Positions 63,521-64,000 of a stretch of 64,000 nucleotides of DNA are shown here, in pieces (the stretch's first letter is position 1; every line of letters begins with the position of its first letter). A program made the translations under genes and the position numbers. A model generated the notes under the pieces. That model had not been told where the DNA came from. It saw only the letters and a program-made list of their open reading frames with translations, and ran no database searches. Source of the DNA: Mobula hypostoma (taxonomy: Eukaryota); contig NC_086118.1 of assembly GCF_963921235.1 (NCBI RefSeq), positions 28,956,001 through 29,020,000 of the forward strand, in the 5' to 3' direction.

Positions 63521-64000
63521 GGAGTCTCAAATGCAAAACCCGAAAGATGATGTCAACAATGCACAACAATATCTGTGTTACACTGCCATGTCAACCTTGA
63601 TTCTGTGCTGCATTCTGAAACTGTGTGTTAACCGTTTGACCTTCAGATATTCAGACAGGATTGCTAAGGAGGCAAGCTGATATTTGTACTGTGTGAAATA
63701 CTCATTTTTCTTGATAAATTTAGATATGAAGAATTAACCCTTTTGAGTGAATGTGAATGTTTAACACGTTCAGCCCAGTGAAAACAATGATTTCCTATTT
63801 ATAGTATTTTTTTCAAACAACTAAGTTCTTTGTACATAATTTAGGTGTAAAACCTTGCTCAGTTTTTTACTTAATGTATTTGAGTACTGATATTAGCTTT
63901 ATGTTAAAATATCATTGTAAACCAGTAGAGTTTGATCTGCAATCTGTTTTTTTATTAAGACTGCAAAAGCAGGATAGCATTCTTGAACAGAATATTTTGG

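Noticed and set aside
1..64000. CRISPR arrays, operons or other prokaryotic systems
   Set aside because: The sequence is vertebrate and has no regularly spaced repeat-spacer array.

Overview
This is eukaryotic, AT-rich, repeat-dense vertebrate DNA. The repeat families (CR1 and Rex1/Babar LINEs, HE1-like V-SINEs, SacSINE1-like Deu-SINEs, Penelope-like elements) point to a cartilaginous fish, probably a ray; that assignment is an inference. I could not identify any host gene, so the window is most likely a large intron or intergenic region. Nearly all listed ORFs are retroelement debris or chance. The most notable system is a Penelope-like (GIY-YIG) retroelement whose pseudo-LTR carries a minimal hammerhead ribozyme (CTGANGA...GAAACGTC). 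It has a family of 90-220 bp non-autonomous derivatives, several of which are fold-back palindromes inverted right at the ribozyme and flanked by target-site duplications (TSDs). Also present are a rearranged chromoviral Gypsy remnant with an LTR, an L1-clade 3' fragment with a TSD, a tRNA/CORE-type SINE with two interchangeable tails, a 79-bp hAT MITE, many nested insertions, repeat-free enhancer-like blocks with RFX X-boxes and E-boxes, and two unproven minus-strand terminal-exon candidates. Repeat family names come from motif recognition, not database searches, and boundaries without TSDs are approximate.
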